Shown here piece by piece: positions 40,286 to 55,189 of a DNA stretch of 64,000 bases (the first letter of the stretch is position 1; each line of letters begins with the position of its first letter). The stretch comes from Octopus sinensis (taxonomy: Eukaryota). The stretch lies in contig NC_043012.1 of the NCBI RefSeq assembly GCF_006345805.1, positions 41,540,001 to 41,604,000 of the forward strand. Direction: 5' to 3'. The notes below the pieces were generated by a model. The model was given only the letters and a program-made list of their open reading frames with translations, was not told the origin of the DNA and made no database searches. The position numbers and the translations under genes were made by a program.

Positions 40286-43200
40286 GCCTGTATTTGTTGT
40301 TGTGGTTTTCCTGATGTTTCTGGTTGCGATCGGAATCGTATTAATGTCTGAAAATTGATTATGGTTGTGTAATTACTGTGGTTGATGTTTCCATTAGTGA
40401 TATTGGGATGGAGCATCATTGATGGGGTTTCGGTGGAATTGGTGATGCCACTACAATCAGCCATAATAAACAATATTCAGACAAATATTATTTATTTTTC
40501 TGATTGCTGATGTCTCATAGCGTTGTAGGTTAAACTGCAAATTAGAGGCATCGAAAATAACACCATGAGCAGCATCAACAACAAAAACAGCAATAACAAC
40601 CATATCACAAACAATACAACCAGCATCACCGCCGACAACAATCCTAAGACCACCACCATATCACCACTACCACCAAATACATAACAACATCAAATTCAAC
40701 AGTGACACCAGAACCACGCCAATCCAACACCGACAACAGCAAATACTCACCACCACAAACACCACCAACACTACCATCACCGACAACATGACCACCACCA
40801 CCAATAACAACCCCAACCACATCATCAACACCTTACAAGGGTATCCTTCCTACGATACCCAAACCACCTGCTCCATGAATGGAAGGAAATACGACGGTGC
40901 CTCAGCATGGCTGCAGCCTAATAACTGAAGCAAGAAAAAGATAAAAGATGTAGTGAACAGATTCGTGTCTAGTCAAGTGGTGCAGGATTCGAACTCACAG
41001 TGTCTGATCCTGGCCATGTCTTCTCTTCTAGACTGACATTAAAACAAAACTCTCAAGAATCAGAAAATGGACGAACCTAGAAGAGAGAAACTGTTAGACT
41101 CTCGCAATCTGTGATTCTTCTCTGTAACAATCGCTGGCCTTGGATGCTTTCACCGAGTTCATCTTTGTTGCGAGATGTCGAATGAAGCTTTCCCTCTTCT
41201 CATTCTATTCATTCTGTAGACGGAATCTTAATATCCTTCACCACTTCTCTTTCACTTGCTTCAGTTATTGGACTGCGACCTTTTGCAGGAGCACCGCCTT
41301 CAACATTTCAAGTCGAACAAATCGACCCCCAGTACTTAACGTTTTTTTTTTCATGTACAGTAAATATTGAATGTGTTACTTTTGCTGAAATACCAAGTTG
41401 GAGGACGTAAACTAATCACACACACACATACACTCACACACATACACTCACACACATATACACACACACATACACACACACATATAAGATGCAGTTGAAT
41501 TAGGTACTTAATTTGATGCAGGCCTACACACCTCGAAGTTAGGTGAATAAAAAGCAAATAAGTAACAAGTATGTCCATGTATCTGTCCATTACGGTCGTT
41601 TCAAGCGGTTCCATTTAATTGATCAATGAAAACGTTACATCAATTTGATATAAACCGCTCTCCTTGGAATGGAGACGAGCGTACAGATTTCCAACATACC
41701 GGACACACCGTTGTAACTGTTTTAGCAAATTCTTCATCAGTACTAAAATAATTACATTGGTTCTCTTTGCCACAAAAATAACAAAAAGAAAGAATATATT
41801 TATTTTAGTTCCTAGTACTGAAGAAAAATTTGCTAAAGCAAGCAAAACGGTGAATATATAACGGTATTTTGGGAATCTGTACGGTCGTCTGCATTTCGAG
41901 GAAACCGGTTTACTTCAAACTAACGTAATGTTTTCATCGATCGATTAAATGTTACTTATTTGCTTTATATGTGGGTGTATACAAGGCCTCAGTCAGCCCG
42001 AAGTTATCATAAAAGATCCTTGCCTAAGGTGCCGTGTACTGGCGGACCTGAACCCACGACCATACGGCTGAGAGCCGAGTTTCTTAACCATGCGCCTTCG
42101 CCTTCTTAATATACAAATCACCTTCAAGTGATACAAAACTGATTTTTAATCTAGGTTAGTAAACATTAGATGAGAACTTCTAAACCACAGGATGGTTATG
42201 GCTGGAACGGCTTTGATTTTAAATCTACTTGAACAGATTTGACCTGAAGCTAAAGAACATGAAACAAAAGCATAAACGTTATCTTTTGTCCAAGTTTGTT
42301 TCGGCAGCCCTTGAAATGAGCATGCGCGCTGTGTTGCCTTTTTTTTAATCAGAGGACAAAAACGAAAAGAGGGAAAGAAAAAAAGTGAAACAATCACAAG
42401 CAAACCTAAAGTAATGGCACAGTTTTGTTATTTCTTTTGTCGCATAAATTCTTGATGACAATACTCTGTAAAAGCTACGAAAGAGGTATTAATATCGAAT
42501 GATGCGACAGGAAGGAAATTTAGGCTGTATGAATAGGGAAAATAGCTGCAGGACTTAAAATATATTGACTTCCAATTTAACACATCAATATCAATCCGTA
42601 AAGCTATATTGGTTGAGCGAAATAACAAGTAAACAGGATCTAATAGAGAGAAGTTCAATAAAAGGACAGGTATTGTAAATAGATAAACCCGTAGATTGTT
42701 TACCAAAAATAACTATCAAACTCAATATATGAGGTCTTGCGAAGTTATGATTAATTATATTTTGCTCCAGCTAAGATCGAAATTATATGAAAGGGCCTAT
42801 TCAATTGGATTTGTTAATGTGCAGTTCTTATCAATATATATACATCGATAAAATGTCACTCATGAATATGAAATGAAATCCTCATCTAATGAAATCGGTG
42901 CGGGAAATGTATAATTAGCATGCCTGAAGCAAATCTTATAGAAGAGCGGCCAAGAATATTGAATATTTTCTTAAACCATTATATTTTACTCAATAAAGAC
43001 CATACGCACACGCACCATAATTAGCTACACATGTATATATATATATATATATATGTTTGTGTGTGTGTGTGTGTGTGTTTATGTGTGCGTATGTATGTAC
43101 ATTTGTATGTGTATGCGTACGCCTATTTGTGTGTGTGTGTGTGTGTGTGTGAATGCACATATACACATGTGTATATCTCATTCCTAAATTTGACTACTTT

Positions 43201-43375
43201 GCAATTAATTGACGATTATAGCCAAACTGGCATTCACCAGATGGTATATCTGCGAACAATTATTGCGCTGCACACGCACACAACTACACACACACACAAA
43301 GACACTCATATTTATATCAAATACATGTATACATATACATGTACATTCACAGATACACACACATATATTTATATA

Positions 43376-43481
<106 letters not shown>

Positions 43482-43534
43482 TATATATATGTGTGTGTCT
43501 GTATATGTATATGAGTGTGTGTGTATGCATGCAC

Positions 43535-43665
<131 letters not shown>

Positions 43666-45472
43666 TGAACACATACTGGTACAAACAATAGTATTCGTGC
43701 ACACACATATAATATGGTATACCGGTACGTATACGATTTTCGTTTTAGCCGCTTGTGTTTGTAGGAAGGGTCAATGCCGTTGCCCTCTTCGTGGTCTCCA
43801 AAACCTGTGTCGCAAATGAGTTAACCCTGATATATCTTTCAACGAATATAAACAAAGTACGATTAGGCATTGGTAAATAACAGATCAGTTACGTGTTTTC
43901 ATGCTGTGTTTCGGTCCACGCAGTCCCAATTTGTCGCTAGAGTACACTTTCAGTTTGCCAAAAGATATTTCCGGAAATGCCAGTATTTCTTATAAACTTC
44001 TGATCGCTCATTAAATAGTCAACAGATTATTAATGCTTCATAGTTTTGTCAGTGTTTATGCGGAGGAAAATTTATCATTAAAATAATGTTGATTATATTA
44101 TCCTCCTCTAAACCATCAAAATCTTATGTTCCACCCTTTAAATTTTGTTTTGAAAATGTAACACCTACTCAAGCGTAATTGTTTCACAACAACATTCCTT
44201 ATTCAGACGTCAAGAGTCCTTAAATCTGCATGAAAAATACTCTCTTCTTGTGTTTTACTTGAGCTCCTTGTAATAAATTGTTTTCCCCATTAATTTTTAC
44301 GACGAAGACTTAGTCTTTGGTTAATTGTTTGTTACGTAGTGGTTGATATGGAAAAAATTATTGAGCAAGGCGAAGGAAATTTAGAATATATTTCAATAAA
44401 TTTTGTTCTGAGTTCGTTGTCACATCGTTTCTGCATGGGCGTGCCAGCGATTATAAACTGCAGTGTATCCAGGATATCCAAACGGTCAACATCGCACACA
44501 TATCTCTACGATCTCGAACGACCCCTAGCGGTTGGATGCATTATCTCGAGCACAGGTTTTACTGGGAGGCCATACGCAACAAGATTTCTAGGTTGTTGTC
44601 TTCTGCGATATAATTCTTGGCAGTCTTCGGGTGTTTTTTAACGATTGCATAACATTGGGAAGAATTCAATGCCAAACGAAAGTTTATACTCACTTCAATT
44701 ACTGATATATTTCAACTAATTAATTATAGGACTGCTAATGTTTCATGGACGGCAGTTTGTTTATTCCTTTCTTCAACTAATATTATTTAAAAATAAACCT
44801 TTTATGTCTCAATCCTATAAACGTCCATCCGCCACATTTAACAACATTTATAACAGCTATTAGCACGTTAATATATTATTTACTACACGTATGCAGCTTC
44901 TAAATGTATAGATATATATACGTGTGTGTTAGCAGAAATATTGAAAAATATCGGTACGTCAACGATACGTTTGCTATTTCTATTCGTCTCGCTTGTTTCT
45001 CACATAAATTTCCAACGTCCTCCGAGATGGTGCTGATTGGGAAAGTAATAGAAGTGTTATTATATATATGAAACAATCTCGAAGGTGGTGCCCCAGTTTA
45101 GTTCTGATAGTACTTCGATGAGTGAAATCAATAAAAAGCATTGAAGGAAATATCTGAAAACTTAAATTAGCAGAAAGAGAAGATTAGCAAAATAAAAATT
45201 TTTGTCAGAATTAATTTCGTCCATCAACATTGGCTGCTCAAATGACAATGAGGATGACAACGTGTCTGGTCTTTAATCCCGACGTGAATTCATACAACAT
45301 TATGTAGAACGACGCAGGACATATTCTGATATTTGGAGCAAATTAAATCTATAGACTATAACGGATTCTGGTCATATGAATATGAATACACTCATATATG
45401 TATATATATATATATATATTATATATATATATAATATATATATAATATATATATATATATAATATATATATA

Positions 45473-45503
<31 letters not shown>

Positions 45504-45567
45504 CATATATATTATACATATATATATACTTGTTTGTGAATGTGTTTGATATATATATATATATAAT

Positions 45568-45609
<42 letters not shown>

Positions 45610-45872
45610 AAATATATAGACACCTACATATACATATCAATTATAAATCTTTATATATCGTATATAATATATAACTTTTTATATTATATTATACACATAT
45701 ACACACATATATATATGTGTGTGTGTGTGTTCCCAATGTGTAGAAATATCGCGAAAAAATTAAATACATAGTACCAGGGTGGCAAAAATTCACATAAGTG
45801 TCAAGGATGTTACAGCCTACTTATAAAGGTAGAAATTCTGGGATTTAGTGAAATGATTTTGTATAACACAGA

Positions 45873-46328
<456 letters not shown>

Positions 46329-47299
46329 CATACAGATAGATAGGTAAATAGATAGATAGATAAATAGATAGATAGATAGATAGATAGATATATAGATAGG
46401 TAAATAGATAGAGAGAGAGAGAGAGAGATAGGTAGGTGTTTTTACGTTCGCGTGTGCATTCGTAAACATATACATGCATATATCATTTCACAGATATGTA
46501 GATAGTTAAAGATAACGGCATCTCCTGCGCACTTTCCCTCTCTCTCTCCCTCTCTCTTATATACATATATATATATATATAAATCTTCAACATGTGTACA
46601 CTCACACACGCATGCGCACATACACACATATATAAGGAGAGAAAGACAGATGTAAAGATACTCAACGTATAAACGCAGTGGGTAGAGACCTGAAGGAAAA
46701 TGTAATTATTCCGAAACTAAATCAGATTCTTAAAACTCAGTGAAAAAAAAAATAAAGTAAATTGATACTCTTTAGAAAAAAACAGAAACCACTAAATATC
46801 TTATAAGTATTTCCAACGGATCCGTCTTGTTACATTGCTGATACATTTTGTAAGCCACTTATATGTAGACCAATAATATAACATCATTCCTTGCTACATA
46901 TAAACTCCAAACACTAAAAAAATCTGAGTGAGAAATCACTGAACGATTTAGATTAAAGTTATAAGATTTCGCAGAAGTGCAAATGACTTGCCATTGTATT
47001 ATACCTGAAAGAGAACGAGGCAGCAATGGAAATTCTACATTGCTTCTCGATTTATCTATGCAATTGTGATATAGCAAATTATTTGTATTGGCAAATACAT
47101 TCAAATTTTAGGTGGCCCCTTCATGCAACTATAACTTTTATGTAACTCCGTCTGCAACAAAATCGAAAGTACTGGAAGAAACCTATGTATTTTCTCTCAT
47201 AGATTGTAGACTACTGATAAGCAGAGATAAAAACTACTAAAGTCAAGTTCTGAGATGTTATTTAAACTCAACAGATATTTTGAGAATCGATAATATCAA

Positions 47300-47860
47300 A
47301 TGCAACTTTTTCATTCCACGCCCGAACACTTCGGTTTCCTAAATTCTAAAATCAATATCTTGGCTTAACATCTCGCTAAAATTCCTTGTATTATCAGCTA
47401 AACTATAAATCTTCAGAGATTTTTTCTAATCTTTATAATAATGTACACCTCCAGAGTGGATTCCAAGAAAGAAATATCGTAGATAAACGAGACAAAAAGA
47501 AAACCAGATACCATCAAAGAGAAGGAATAATCACATGGTATAATCCTCCGTTCACGACATCACAAAATGTTGTATTCCGCTCTGATAAAGAAATACTGCC
47601 ACGAACAAGAATTAATTACTGCGAAATAATTAACAAGAATTACATTAATTTATTATATTTCACTACACCTTATTTGGCACAGGTTATGTTGCTCCTAATC
47701 AGTTTAATGTGTATCCATCTTCATCGAACAGATACATAAACTGCTGCTCTGACATCAACCCTGATAATTATCTGTAAAATCCAAATGACAATCACAAAAT
47801 GTGTACCGGGCATCAGTTAAAAATCACAGCTTAACCAAAGCATAGTTCACCGCCACTTCG
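47300..47860 (+). pseudogene. Penelope-like element ORF relic (RT thumb to GIY-YIG linker)
   Basis: KIPCIIS, SSEIFSNLYNNVHLQSGFQE, REGIITWYNPPF (PLE R.R.IIWFNPPF motif), NVYRASV (NV.Y.A.V motif). Confidence 0.6.
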
Positions 47861-48073
47861 ATATTTTAGAATTGAAATGCCTTCTCGTTCTTCAATCCAA
47901 ACAAGTACCAGTTACACCTGATTCTCCAGGCTGATTTGACAATGAAAGCTATAAATACAATGTGACTGAAACTGAGGGATTCTCTCGACTGGAGTCTATA
48001 TTGGTCATAAAAATAAGCAAATTGTAATCTTTGTGCTCCTGAGAGATATGAGTTTGTATTTGGCGAGAAGCTG

Positions 48074-48299
48074 TAGCTCAATACACATTCTAAAATAGTA
48101 ACAGCTGGATAATAGAGAACATTTTTTTAATTCGGTATTTTCAAACTTTTATTTTCTCTAAACGGCAACTCAAAGACACACACACACACACACACACTTT
48201 GAGTTGCCGTTTAGAGAAAATAAAAGTTTGAAAATACCGAATTAATAAAAATGTTCTCTATTATCCAGCAGTTACTATTTTAGAATGTTTATTGAGCTA
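48074..48299. repeat. Fold-back inverted repeat: arms 48074-48175 and 48197-48299 around a 21-nt (AC)n loop, then a 17-bp tandem duplication (48281-48314)
   Basis: Manual alignment: 2 substitutions and 1 indel in ~102 bp. Confidence 0.95.
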
Positions 48300-48314
48300 G
48301 AATGTTTATTGAGC

Positions 48315-48368
<54 letters not shown>

Positions 48369-48405
48369 TGTGTGTGTGTGTGGTGTGTGTGTGTGGTGTG
48401 TGTGT

Positions 48406-48702
48406 GGAGGCGCAATGGCCCAGTACTTAGGGCAGCGGACTCGCGGTCGTAAGCTCGTGGTTTCGATTCTCAGACCGGGCGTTGTGAGTGATTATTGAGC
48501 GAAAACACCCAAAGCTCCACGAGCCTCCTGCAGGGGGTGGTGGCGATCCCTGCTGTACTCTTTCGCCACAACTTTCTCTCACTCTTTCTTCTGTTGGTCT
48601 GCTCACTTAGCCAGCGGGGTGGCGTCATTTGAAGGCTAAAACAATGTGAAGCGCATTGTGACCAGCGATGTGTAGCAACATCTGATAGCCTGGTCGGTCA
48701 TG
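48406..48702 (+). mobile_element. SINE family D variant
   Basis: Same tRNA-like head as 10012-10392; different 3' end (GCTCACTTAGCCAGCGGGGTGGCGTC..GGTCACGTGAT-like). Confidence 0.85.
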
Positions 48703-48721
48703 TGATCATGTGATATATATG

Positions 48722-48787
<66 letters not shown>

Positions 48788-48984
48788 CATATACATACAA
48801 ATATATGTGCACACGCATGTGGCACAGAAAGTGTGTAAATAGCCAGCTGGAGGGGATGTCTTCCTGGGGGCTACAAGGTACAGTAGCATCAATCCTTAAG
48901 GGTTAGCCACATTTAGATGGTAAATATACTTCAATATATATATATATTTCTACATATATTTGTACATACAGATAAATATAATAA

Positions 48985-49235
48985 ATGTTCCTTCTGGAGC
49001 CATGCCAGGCTCCTAAGAGCCGGTTTCCCAGTTTCAGTGGCGTAGAAATTCCCCACCTGGACGGAACGCCGGTCCGTCGCAGGATTACTCATTTTTGCCA
49101 GCTGAGTGGACTGGAGCAACGTGAAAATGAAGTGTTTTGCTCAAGAACACAACGCATCGCCCGGTCCAGGAATCGAAACTGCAACACTACGATCATGAGT
49201 TCAACATCATAACCACTAAGTCACGCGCCTCCACA
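48985..49235 (-). mobile_element. tRNA-derived SINE (family E)
   Basis: Minus strand GGAGGCGCGTGACTTAGTGGTT..GTTTCGATTCCTGGACCGGGCG..TTGAGCAAAACACTTCATTTTCACGTTGCTCCAGTCCACTCAGCTG. Confidence 0.75.
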
Positions 49236-49264
49236 CACATAAAAATATAATAACTCTCTTTCGT

Positions 49265-49678
49265 ATACTCTTTACTCTTTTTGCTCTTTTACTTGTTTCA
49301 GTCATTTGACTGCGGTCATGCTGGAGCACCGCCTTTAGTCGAGCAACTCGACCCCTGGACTTATTCTTTTGTAAGCCCAGTACTTATTCTATCGGTCTCT
49401 TTGCCGAACCGCTAAGTAACGGGGGCATAAACACACCAGCATCGGTTGTCAAGCAATGCTAGGGGGACAAACACAGACACACAAACACACACACGCATAT
49501 ATATATACATATATACGACGGGCTTCTTTCAGTTTCCGTCTACCAAATCCACTCACAAGGCTTTGGTTGGCCCGAGGCTATAGTAGAAGACACTTGCCCA
49601 AGATGCCACGCAGTGGGACTGAACCCGGAACCATGTGGTTGATAAACAAGCTACTTACCACACAGCCACTCCTGCGCC
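49265..49678 (-). mobile_element. Composite SINE B+C, inverted copy
   Basis: Reverse complement of 30656-31097. Confidence 0.88.
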
Positions 49679-50842
49679 TATATATATATGCATAGATGCA
49701 CACACATATAGATATATTATTACACACTACTATTACGCCTGCTACTCTTACTCGTCCTCCTTCTTCGCCTCCTACTACTACTGTTGTTGCTACTGTTGCT
49801 GCTGCTTCTGCTACTGCTACTACTACTACTCCTACTACTAATTCTGCTGAAATTGACTTTAGCTTTCGATGTCGATAAAAAGATAGCAGTGGATAAGTGG
49901 AGTCGATATAATCGATTAGGTCCTTCTCCGAAGCTTTCAGGCCTAGTGCCCGTAGCAGAATGGATTCTAGATAATATGTGTTGGGCGAGGGAAGTGTCCA
50001 TGTGCCTACGCACGTGTGCATGTACTGATAGATAAAATATTTTTATAATATTTTAGAAAGCTGGAATTCCAGATGTAATAACAGAGAATGCAAGAATTTC
50101 AACAGGAACTGGCTGCCAGATTGTCGAAATAATCTTCACAATGGGATTACTTTATGATTTTAGCAGTTACATTGTGTCCCCTTGCCGACATCAACTTTCA
50201 AATAAATATAGTGCAACCATTATTACAATGAAAAAGAGGGTCTGAATTCCAACAGGAATATTGATTGCTTGCGTATGCACATGAATAGAGACTTATGGGA
50301 GATGGCTACGGTCGAGTGAAGATTCCACTCACCAGCATAATACAGTGTTTGTAGTTTACACACTATTAACTCCGCTTTACAGTATGGCGGCTCTCGAGTG
50401 AATTATCGGTTGTTTCGTTGTAACATCAATGATAAATGAAAGAAAGAATTAGTAAAATAGAAATTAAACGAAAATGCGGAGAAAATATAAAAATATATAT
50501 ATGTATATAATATTACATAAATAAACATTTGGAAGACATCGTGTTTAAATCCAGGAAAGGGGTGGAGAAAGCAGTCTGAAATGAAGAGATAAGATGGAGA
50601 TAAAGTTGGATTAAAAACAAAATGGAACCCGATGATATTGGATATAATAGGGAATAAAAGGCTTAATACTGAGGAGAGTACCGCCCAGTTCTTTACTATA
50701 CCTCTCCTCTGACTTAACGCATAACAACATGTGTGTGTGTGTGTGTGTGTGCGCGTGGAGAGAGAGAGAGAGAGGGGGGATGAATGTATATATATGTACC
50801 TTCATATATGCATTTGGCTCTGTATATATGTATGTATCTGTA

Positions 50843-50879
<37 letters not shown>

Positions 50880-51249
50880 GTTTTACTCCGGTTTAAATAT
50901 GAATGATAGACAATCTAATTTTAGTAAAACTAATTGTAAATTAATTAGCAAATTATAAAATTATAATGAAATTAAATGACAGGTATTAGTGTTCGTTTAA
51001 AGTGAAATGTAATTAATGTAATTAATGTAATTTATGTTATAATTAAGAGGAGAAATAAAATTAAATATTCTAAAATACAATCTGGGAATTTACACGAAAA
51101 CTAATGAAGCCACATCACCATCTTTATCTTCTATCTCGTCTGTGTTTCAGTCATAGACTGAGGCCATGCTGGGGCACAACCGCGAAGAATTTTAGTCGAA
51201 CGAATCTGCTCAAAGAATTGTTTATAATTAATTATATTTATAGCGAAGA

Positions 51250-51750
51250 TGGATTAAGCAAAGTGAGCTGAGTAAATTGAACTTCCCAAAAGAAGCGAAG
51301 CAAAGTGGTCTATACATACAGGGCTAGGAAGAGAGAGCGGAAGAAAACATTGCCAGGCAAACAAAGCTCAGCAAAGTGAGCTTAGGCAAACATATTTAAG
51401 CAAACTAGTCTAGGCAAACATAGCTAGGGAAGCACTCAGATTTGGAATGGCAAATTGAGCTAGGCAAAATGGCTGGACAAACTGAGTTAATAAGAATGGC
51501 TTGGCAAACTGCCCCGAGCACAAATGGCCAGAAACACACGACTTAGTAAATGATCTAGGCAAATATGGCAAACTGGAGAGGGAAAACTAAACTAGGTCAA
51601 CTAAGAAAGCATGGGTAAAAGGTAAACTGAATTAGGCAAATATTGCTAATGAACTTGAAATAGGCAAACTCATCTAGGTTAACTGAGCTAAACGAACATG
51701 GCTACGCAGAGAGAGTTTGGTAAAGACGGCAAGGTAAATGAACTAGGGAG
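51250..51750. repeat. Degenerate minisatellite built on a ~14-15-nt unit (consensus near CTAGGCAAACTGAG)
   Basis: Recurring AGGCAAAC / GGCAAACTG / GAGCTAGGC / AAACTAG motifs at short, irregular spacing. Confidence 0.6.
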
Positions 51751-53222
51751 CTATTTGCGTGTTGTCTTGTAAATGATACAAGATCTCTAGGCACAGAAGT
51801 TTTAACAAGGATACAATAACCCTGTGTTAAAAGTAAAACTTAGTTGACTTTAAGTATTTCCTGCACAAAAGCAAAGCTGTACCAAAAAATCGTCATTGTA
51901 GTATTTTTTTTCTTCAACATCTATAACTAGTTCCAGCTCTCATCCTAGGTTTATATTTTCACGCCTCCTTCACAATCTTATCTTTCCTCTTTCTCCCGAT
52001 ATAGTTTATTTCAGTCAAATATGATACGATGTCAGTTTTTATTTTTTTCTAAGGGACAGTTGCAACATGTTATACGGACTGAATGAGCAATATGCTACAT
52101 ATGGACCCATACATTCCCACTGTTGCATTCTTCGGGGAATTTTCGTTGGTTTTTCTTTTCATATTTAACAAACAGAATCCTTTTTTTTTTAACTGATAAT
52201 GTCTTATCAATGGTAAATTATATTTTTGTGCGTTTGTGTTCGCTTTTTTTAAACTTTGCTATATATCTTCCAAACCATTAATGCTTTATTTCATATTTCA
52301 TTGATGTAATGATGGATCAGACAAATATTCCAAGACACTGGATAATGAAAGTAGAAATAAAAGCCATTGCTTCTAACTTGCAGCGGAAAAAAATACCATT
52401 TTCAACCAGAAGGAAGCAGTTCATTCATGTGCGTTACAAAACAGCTTCTCTTGCCAAACAATAAAAAAACAAAATACAACAGAGCGAAACAAAACTATAA
52501 CGAAACAATACAAAACAAATCTATCTTTGTCATATTATTTCTAGTTCATGTGCTGGTGCGTGTGCATAGACATTCGTATGTTGGTATGTATGTATGTACG
52601 TATGCATATACAATATATATATATATATATATGTATGTATATATATATGTGTGTATATATGTATACATATATATAATATAAATTATATATATATATATAA
52701 TATCTATATATATAATATATAATATATATATATTTATATATAGTATATATAATATATATGGTATTTATATATAATATATATGATATATATATATAATATA
52801 CATGTGTGTGTATGTATGTATGTACATATCTATGTACGTATGTACTTATGTATGTATGCATGTTGGTGTGTTCAAATATACACAACGTAATTGCGTGTGT
52901 TTTGCGCTAAACATATACATATATCTGTACATTTGTGAATTTTTGTGCGTGTATGTGTGTATAGTTAGGAATCCTAATTGTTAGGCAACGACTACAACAA
53001 TTCTAAAGAATACGATGCCATTTACTTGTAGAATATCCAGAATTTATTCATAATTTTCATTCAAAAGCCAGTTAGATTCGGGTATTAAAAGCGCAAAAGT
53101 GCTCTTCAGAGAAATACCAATTCTCTAGCATGTGCCTTAATGGTCGAAACAAACAGCAATTTGTAAAAGAAAAATTATGAAAAACTCCTTTATACATATA
53201 TATATATGTGTGTTGCATAAGC

Positions 53223-53274
<52 letters not shown>

Positions 53275-53886
53275 ATGTATGTAGGTGTGTATGTTATATA
53301 TACATACATATACATATGTATATAGACTTGTATAAATATGTGTGTGCGCGCGCGTGCATAGTTGGAAATAAGCAAATGGGACCCTAACACATGCAAAAAT
53401 ATTCATTTATTTATTTTTTGTTTCGTCTTTACCCCTAAACACTTTCAACGAAAATATTGCAAGAAAAACGAAATGCCTAAACAGTGAATTATCGATCGAG
53501 ATAACACACACAAACACACACAAACACACACAAACGCACACATGCACACACAAACACACATACACACACAGATACAGACACACATGAACACATATTCCCA
53601 CCCACTCATAAATGCACACAGGGTAAATATGTGTGTGTATGAGCGAGTGTTGGTATGTGTGTGTGTATGAATTCATGTATGTATATTTTAAATATGTGTG
53701 TCTATATACGTGTATTTATGTGTAGAAATACACCCATGCATACACAGGCACAAACACACACATATATATATGGATATATATAGATATGTCTACGTCTATA
53801 TGAATATGGATGTATATAGATGCGTCAGTTACTCACAGAACTTATTGGATTTGATCCTGGAGATTCTCGCTTGGGCCATCTTAATA

Positions 53887-54030
53887 TAGCTCAAATTCCG
53901 CCTTGGTCGACTTTACCAGTCATCCTTTCGGGGTCAATATAATAAATGCCCTTCGAGTACTAGGGTAGGCTTAATCGACTTATCCCCCCCCCCCACAGAA
54001 CTTACAGGCCTTGTACCAAAATTTGGAAAC
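53887..54030 (+). mobile_element. SINE family A 3' part with (ATT)n tail
   Basis: TCAAATTCCGCCTTGGTCGACTTTACC..CATCCTTTCGGGGTC..GGCCTTGTACC. Confidence 0.75.
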
Positions 54031-54140
54031 ATTATTAGTATTATCATTCTCCTACTCATCATTATTACTATTATTATTATTACTATTATTATTATTATTA
54101 TATTATTATTATTATTATTATTATTATTAGTAGTAGTAGT

Positions 54141-54183
<43 letters not shown>

Positions 54184-54210
54184 AATTATCATCATTATTA
54201 TTATTATTGA

Positions 54211-54650
54211 GTGAGAGAGCAGTGCATGCCATCAAAGTGACACTGGGGTAAAATATACGAAGCCCAGTATAACCATCGTAACTACCTGTCTGATAAGGGT
54301 ACATTAGGCACATGCATCACAACCATATGTGCGCGACATGGAGATCTCATATCACGATAAACACCACATGACCTTGCAGGTGGGGCCCAGTTAGAATTTT
54401 CTTCTGGTCGACTAGCCCATCCCATTCAAATGGTCCTTGAATAAGGATCGTTTAATGATATTGAACGAACCACCCATGTTTCCAAAGGTGAATTATTCAA
54501 ACCTCCAAGAATTCCTTTCAACACACGGCTATGATGCTCCTCCACTATTTCTGGACGTGATCAGAGATGCACATATCGTCAGCCACTAAGGGACATGCTC
54601 AACTGGTTAAGGTCAAACAACTGACAAGCAGATCTCTGGTATTGAGCAGA
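54211..54650 (+). mobile_element. ~440-bp unknown interspersed element flanked on both sides by (ATT)/(AAT)n arrays
   Basis: Longest copy of the family also at 601-825 and 5812-5955; no ORF. Confidence 0.7.
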
Positions 54651-55189
54651 ATAATAATAATAATAATTATGATAATAATAATAATAGTAATAATGATAAT
54701 ATTTACTGTTTTTTCTTCATAATTAGGTGTTAAAATCGCTGAAAGACTTCCAGATATTTCCGTTTCATCTCCTCCTCCTTCTTCTCCTCCTTCTCCTCCT
54801 CCTTCTCCTCCTCCTCCTGCTCCTTCTCATTCATATTTTTCTTTTTTCTCCATTTCCACTTTTCTTTTTGAATTTTTTTTTCTGATTTTTCTTTTACTTG
54901 TTTTTCATCTCTAAGTTCTTTTTCTGTTAATTCCTGTAGTTGTTGTTGTTGTTTGTCTTCTTCATCTTCCTCGACTGCCTGTTTTTGTTGTTGTTGTTGT
55001 TGTTGATGTTGTCATTATTGCTGCCCCATTTCTTCTCCATGGGGTTGTTGTTGTAGATTTTCCTCCTCCTCCTCCTCCTACACCTCCTCCTACGCCTAAT
55101 TTTGTTGTATTTTTCCAGTTGTCATTAATGGTAACACTGTTGTTTTTGTTATTGTTGTGGTTCTTGATTTTTTTTTATCAATATCATCC

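Noticed and set aside
39300-40830. Val/Gly-rich and Thr-rich stretches resembling mucin-like exons
   Set aside because: Degenerate GTN/ACN trinucleotide tracts with in-frame stops and no splice signals; similar tract at 57470-57780
44330-44640. Possible PLE GIY-YIG C-terminal relic on the minus strand
   Set aside because: Only vague resemblance (LQFII..R..E..FI); not enough to call
54540-54582. CTGACGA..GAAA on the minus strand within the unknown element
   Set aside because: No helix II pairing and no UH cleavage site
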